Shown here: piece after piece, positions 62,201-64,000 of the stretch
Layout of the letters: each line of letters opens with the position of its first letter
Numbering within the stretch: the stretch's first letter is position 1
NCBI GenBank assembly: GCA_964035545.1
Contig: OZ037771.1
Location: forward strand, 9,417,408 to 9,481,407
DNA length: 64,000 bases
From: Bugula neritina
Lineage: Eukaryota; Animalia; Bryozoa
Direction of reading: 5' to 3'
Made by a program: the position numbers and the translations under genes
Notes under the pieces: generated by a model
The model's database searches: none
What the model saw: the letters and a program-made list of their open reading frames with translations, nothing else
What the model was told of the DNA's origin: nothing

Positions 62201-63653
62201 AAATGCGCAATACTAATTAACTAAGTTACTAATACTAATAGTAATGGACTCATAAGTATTGAATTAACATAAAATATTCGTTAGTAACACTAACAGTTTT
62301 ATAATAATCACAACATATATAATTTTAATTTAAATTACATATAATGATTATATACCCATATTGAATGAAATTTAAATACTAAAACTAAAAGTAAATCTGA
62401 TATTAATTAATTATGATTATTCCAATTTGGATTTGTCGATTGAAACAAAAGTTGATGTTAATAATCATTATCATAATTTATTAATTGAAAAACAGTTTGA
62501 ATTACAAAATTAAATATAGTAAAGATTAAATTTAATATAAATAAATAAAAACAGGATGGCTCATATTCATCGCGATATTGATTTCCATTGAATAACTATA
62601 TTCTATAGTCTACTCTATAAGGATTGAAATACGCAATATAATTATATTGATATTAATAAATCAATCAACTTATTAAGCATTAAGTTTAACGTGGTGGCAT
62701 TTATTTTTAATTTTCATTTCATAGTTCAACTAATACTAATACTAATAGTAATAGTAATACTATAGATCAAGATGTAGCATAAGTTCAAAAATAAGCCTTC
62801 ATCATAATGATCATCATTCATGGTGCCCGCATTTTCATTACGGTTACCTTTACGACTTTACTGAATTACACTTGCACTTACGCCTACGGTAACTGCAACT
62901 GTAAGACTAAGACTAAAAGTAAGTGTAACACTAACTCAGTAAGTGTAACTGTATTACTATTAGTATGACTATCACTATAAGTTGAACTTTAAAAAAATTC
63001 TTCAAGTCATAAAATTAAATGATATTCATATTCATATTGATAAATCCGGAAATTATCGCAAACATCAACAGCTTCAAGTATAATAACAGTTACAACAATA
63101 ACAGCTAACTATATTAGCTCCGAAATTAGTTGAATTAAGTAACATTATTAAGTAAAGGTAATTGCTAATTGGTGATGAGTTCACTAGCCCTAAAAGTAGA
63201 CACATTGAATGATTGATAATGATAGTCATCGCGATTGAGTAAGTTTCTTTACAACATAACCGGAAATTAAAATATTGTATGGTTCTTACCGAGAAAATTG
63301 GTTCGAACGGGCACACAATCTAAACACGTTATAAACAAGTGTCGACGAGAAAATGCGAACCAATAATATTTAATATAAAACTACTATAGTTATGGTTGCA
63401 CCTCTTATTGCACGCTGGTAGTCGTTACGCAAAGAGTTATTCAAAATGTAACTATTCAGCAGAATACTTTATTGTGACCCTCTGTTAGGATATGCAACAT
63501 ACAAAGACATATTCCTGTGTTATTATTATTGTAATTTCAACTACTATATGAACTTCTACAGTAGCAGTTTCAACTGGAACTGTTGCATAAAACTTTATAG
63601 AAAACCAATTGCAACGCACACATAAGCTACATGCATACATACACACACACACG

Positions 63654-63956
<303 letters not shown>

Positions 63957-64000
63957 TCTTAAATGTGGTTTCATAGGGGGCTGCTCATAGGGGGCTTATA

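Overview
AT-rich, intron-rich animal genomic DNA, probably a compact-genome invertebrate (taxon not determinable here). I assembled exons by hand using GT-AG sites and phase continuity. In order: the last exon of a SAM-domain gene (DGK delta/eta-like, +); a 7-exon, 297-aa gasdermin-fold gene lacking the C-terminal autoinhibitory domain (+, 2075-6588), invisible in the ORF track and the main find; selenoprotein T with in-frame UGA and a form-2 SECIS (-); mannose-6-phosphate isomerase (+); a 225-aa orphan gene (-); an acatalytic CA10/CA11-like protein (+); a spliced, apparently non-coding transcript with intronic C/D-box candidates (-); a decayed BEL/Pao retrotransposon carrying a young RT/RNase H-deleted Gypsy element; and a 15-exon Tec/Btk kinase (-). 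Also present: tRNA-derived SINEs, hAT MITEs, RTE fragments, two hammerhead-bearing repeats and many minisatellites, several of which duplicate real splice sites. Homology calls come from motif recognition, not database searches.
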